From positions 1 to 50,732 of the forward strand of contig JAUCBJ010002261.1 of the NCBI GenBank assembly GCA_032718475.1: a stretch of DNA of 50,732 nucleotides. Direction: 5' to 3'. Below, one piece after another: positions 47,110 through 50,732 of this stretch; positions within the stretch are counted from its first letter, which is position 1; every line of letters begins with the position of its first letter. The notes below the pieces were generated by a model. That model worked only from the letters and a program-made list of their open reading frames with translations. It was not told where the DNA came from and did no database searches. The translations under genes and the position numbers were made by a program. The DNA comes from Nemertoderma westbladi. Lineage: Eukaryota > Animalia > Xenacoelomorpha.

Positions 47110-50100
47110 TCAGATTGTTCAGATAATTGTAGGCCGGACTGTTGTCGGATTGTTGTTGGGTTTGGAGCGATTACGGCGTGTGTAGAGTTTGTCCGATAGA
47201 GTGCCAGTTAGTAAGTTGGGGCAGCCATCGCTGTAAGGTCAATCCCCTCTTAAAGAATAAGTCGTACTACCGTGTTAGAACGCATACTAACTAACAATTT
47301 TGGAATCTGCACATACTGTAGTTTATTTAGGCTTGACAGTATTCTGCCAGCGTTTTGGCCTGTGTTTGTTTGTGTGGTCTGTTCAGATACCGTAATAGTT
47401 ATTACTCAGATATTTTGTAGGCTGGATTGTTGTCTAGCTATTATTAGGTCTGAAGAGATTGCTGCTTGTGTAGAGTTTGTCTGATAAAGTGCCAGTTAGT
47501 AAGTTGGGGCAGTCATAACTGTAAGGTCAATCCCCTCTTAAAGAATAAGTCGTACTACCGTGTTAGAACGCATACTAACTAACCGTTTTGGAATCTGCAT
47601 ATACAGTAGTTTATTTAGGCTTGGTGGTAGTCTGCCAGCGTTTTGGTTTGTATTTGTTTGGGTATTCTGTACGGGTAGCGTAATATTTATTATTCAGAGT
47701 TTATGCGATTATTCGCAACATTCATGTCCCCAAGTTTATTCCTACAGTAATTGTGTTTGTTACACATACCGTTATAGTTAAATTAACCCCGGTACTACAC
47801 GGGCTGCTTGGTGTAGGTAAAGACTGGTGACTTTGTGCTTCGGTCACTCCAGCAGATGCCGTGGTTCTTTTAACTGTTCAAGTATATTTAACTACTGATT
47901 ATTTGTTGTACCAGTACTTGTACCTAATTTAGGGTTTAGTGTACAGTGCTTTCCGAGGTAATTAGTGTGTAGGCAGTATATTTGTGTTGTAAAGTGGTTA
48001 ATAGGCACGCTGGATCTGGTAGTCCGCGGTAATTAACTTCTAGGTAGGAACAATCCGTGATACATAACGTAGTACCTATAGCGATACGGTTATAGGTCGT
48101 CAGGCGGTGGTATTTTCCTATCTGGACAACGCAATATATTTACTACTACTTATTATTTTCAAATACCGTAGTACCCCGTCCGTTGTAATAACCAGAATTC
48201 TAACCCTTTGTTAGGCTGGTTTGTAGACTTCCTGTAAAATTACCCTAAAAATTTCGTACGTAATATTTTTGTTGTGTTAAATTAGAGATTTAATCTCACC
48301 CGTATCGTAAGTAATTTGTAGTATTAAGTAACTTAGGTAAATTAGAATTATCTGTTTTAGTGTCCCATAGGTAGCACTTCACTGAGAGCGCACAGCTTCT
48401 GTGTAGTGACTCCCCCAGAAATAATAACATTTATTTCAAATCTTGACAAAACCCCTTTTAAACGGGTATATATCTATTATAAATCAACTCAAACGATTTA
48501 TAAATAGTAGGCCTACCATACAACAACTAGGTCTCAATATCAGTTGGACTACTGCTTAAATAACGGTAACAAAGTAAGTTAAAGTAACCAAGTAACCCTA
48601 AAATATTCAGAAAATCAATTATTCTAAAATAATTGACATACCGGTATTTACCATAGGCTTATTATATTTATTTCTATGGATTTGTGCTGAAATCATACTG
48701 GTATTCTGTAATTAATTCTAGTCCAGAATTATACTTATATACTATAAGTGTAAGCTGCATACCGGTATTCTAATATATTATATATATATCACGCTACACT
48801 GAGTAGCAGTATCGGTAATTAATTATTAGGCTAACAGTGATACTGAATTACTAGACTTGCTTTAACTGTAATATAGCAGTAGGCATTCGACTGTACAATC
48901 AAACATGGCTGACACAAGGCAAACTCTGTCAGATAGTCTCCTAGAAACAACAGCCTGTTTCTCAGATCAAAGTGTAGAGAATCCCAGACCGAGGTCTGAA
49001 ACCCCTCATACGGTAAGAAGGGCAACCCCTGCAGTGGTTGTGTCAGAACCTAGGTTGGTAGAAAAGATTTCGCAATTTGCGAAGTTAGTGAAGCGCCGTT
49101 GGTCTGCCATAGGCACTCGGGCCCAAGTCAAGCGGGATCAAGAAGAAGCTATAAAACAGCAGCAACCTCCTAGCCAAGAACCTAGTTCTCAGCGGCCCGA
49201 TAGCTCCAGTAGTTCGGATACTGTTGAGCGGACGCCCGAACGCGGAGCGAAGATGGCGGATACGGTTTATGATGAGCGGCCAACCTATGAAGAATCAACC
49301 GACGCCACTTCTTCTCAAGTGGAAAGTGAGGTGGAAAGCGAAGTGGAAAGTGAGGTGGAAAGCGAAGTGGAAAGCGAGGTGGAAAGCGAAGTGGAAAGCG
49401 AATTAACAGCAGCAGAGAAGCCGCGAACTAGAGACGCCATTGACATCTATCTGTCAGACTATCAGCGATTCATAGGAGACGAAGAGTTGAGGAGACGACT
49501 GTCTGGACTTCGCCCTAATAGTGAAGGAACCAAGCTTGTGTTGGACGCAATCGATGCTGAAATGTTAGCTGCTAACCAAGCTGAGTTTGATGAGAAACTC
49601 CGACTCGTTAGAGTCCAAGAAGGACAAGTAAAGAAAAGACGGATAGAGGAACAAAGGGCGGCGGCCATGGCAGAAGCCGAAGCAGAAAGAAAGGAGGCAG
49701 CGGCAAGGGCAGAAGCAGAAATACAAAGAAAGGCGGCCATGGCAGAAGCAGAAATACAAAGAAAGGCAGCGGCGGCAGAAGCAAAGGCGGCCATGGCAGA
49801 AGCAGAAGCACAAAGAAAGGCAGCGGCGGCAGAAGCAAAGGCGGCCATGGCAGAAGCAGAAGCAAGGGCGAAAAAGGCAGTAGCAGAAGCAGAACGAAGA
49901 GCGTCTGAGCAGACTACTTGGAGAAGCTGCAAGAGACGCAAGACAACATAAATAAAAAGTTAACTGCTAGTCACATGCAGATGATGAGAAAATCTACTCC
50001 CAAACGCCAGGGCTATACTTCATCGGAGGAAAGCGAAACCACCGATCCTGAAGGCGGAGGAAATAGATCTCATCTAAGCAGGCGTAGAAAAACATCTTAC

Positions 50101-50687
50101 CGTCACAAATTGCCTGATTTGCCCCCAGCTGTTAAAAGACAACTAACTAGCACAGACTTAGGTAGTGTAGAACCCATAGAACAATTTCTTCAGGTCAAAA
50201 GACTCCCTACTATAGTCGATGAGCCTGAAATAATTAGGCCTGTCGTTCCCAAAGTCACTCCTGTGCTAGAGACCCCTGCACTTCCAGAGCTTAACTCTAA
50301 ATTCCCTTTACACAGTACTACACTGCCTGTACCCGGTGGAACAGTCCATGCAAATACCCCTGTCCTGAGCATTGAGAGAGGAATCAAAGATTTGTCTCCC
50401 GTCGTCCCGCGTCAACCCGCTACAATGTTGGCGACTCCCGCTTCGGCGGTTGAGTGGGTAGAGGAGGGACGGCGGGGAATGAACCTCCTGCTCGGACAGA
50501 TGCAGGAGACTGTCCACCAGCTTAAGGGAACAGTAAGGGAAAGTAGGGCAGAGTTGCAAGAAGTGCAGCAAAGTATCGCGCTGGAACGCGACAAATTAGT
50601 CAATATACAAAAGGGCATACCAATACCCCCTGTAACATTGTGTCAACCTGTTAGGTCTGAAGTATTACATGCGCAAGGTGTGGAGCC
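47110..50687 (+). repeat. Copy 3 of the unit (diverged; ~288-bp tandem duplication at its 5' end, lacks the 1.3-kb insert)
   Basis: 47339-48900 aligns with 39010-40655; 47180-47350 recurs at 47468-47640. Confidence 0.88.
48905..49951 (+). CDS. ORF A copy 3 (348 aa) with (EVES)n 12-bp expansion and ~175-aa internal deletion
   Basis: Homologous to 35584-36972; gag-B continues in another frame from ~49912 to 50687. Confidence 0.5.
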   Translation: MADTRQTLSDSLLETTACFSDQSVENPRPRSETPHTVRRATPAVVVSEPRLVEKISQFAKLVKRRWSAIGTRAQVKRDQEEAIKQQQPPSQEPSSQRPDSSSSSDTVERTPERGAKMADTVYDERPTYEESTDATSSQVESEVESEVESEVESEVESEVESEVESELTAAEKPRTRDAIDIYLSDYQRFIGDEELRRRLSGLRPNSEGTKLVLDAIDAEMLAANQAEFDEKLRLVRVQEGQVKKRRIEEQRAAAMAEAEAERKEAAARAEAEIQRKAAMAEAEIQRKAAAAEAKAAMAEAEAQRKAAAAEAKAAMAEAEARAKKAVAEAERRASEQTTWRSCKRRKTT

Positions 50688-50732
50688 TGTAAAAGCTTCT
50701 GTGGGATATAACTGGCCCCTTTTGCTTCGCAA
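50687..50732 (+). mobile_element. TGTAAAAGC terminal segment interrupting gag copy 3
   Basis: Near-identical to 45483-45527; runs off the window end. Confidence 0.65.

Overview
Eukaryotic (probably invertebrate) repeat-dense, heterochromatin-like window with no recognisable host housekeeping gene. From left to right it holds: two satellite arrays (16-bp and 36-bp units); a 22-bp hairpin minisatellite followed by a small zinc-finger gene remnant; and a patchwork of decayed, mostly minus-strand elements (three LINE RT fragments, a BEL/Pao LTR element, a Penelope 3' end with a minimal hammerhead, several orphan ORF remnants) plus a plus-strand THAP/P-element 5' end. Next comes a 4.8-kb non-autonomous element with AGTAGT...ACTACT termini and long inverted repeats (Maverick/Polinton-like), then three copies of a ~5-kb BEL/Pao gag-derived unit. 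The standout observation is that the Maverick-like element carries two intact, intronless cargo genes, each with a TATA box: a C2H2-zinc-finger/acidic protein and a compact 100-aa GTSF1/Asterix homologue. GTSF1 is a PIWI/piRNA cofactor, so a mobile element appears to carry a component of the pathway that silences mobile elements. All calls come from reading the sequence by eye; no searches were run.
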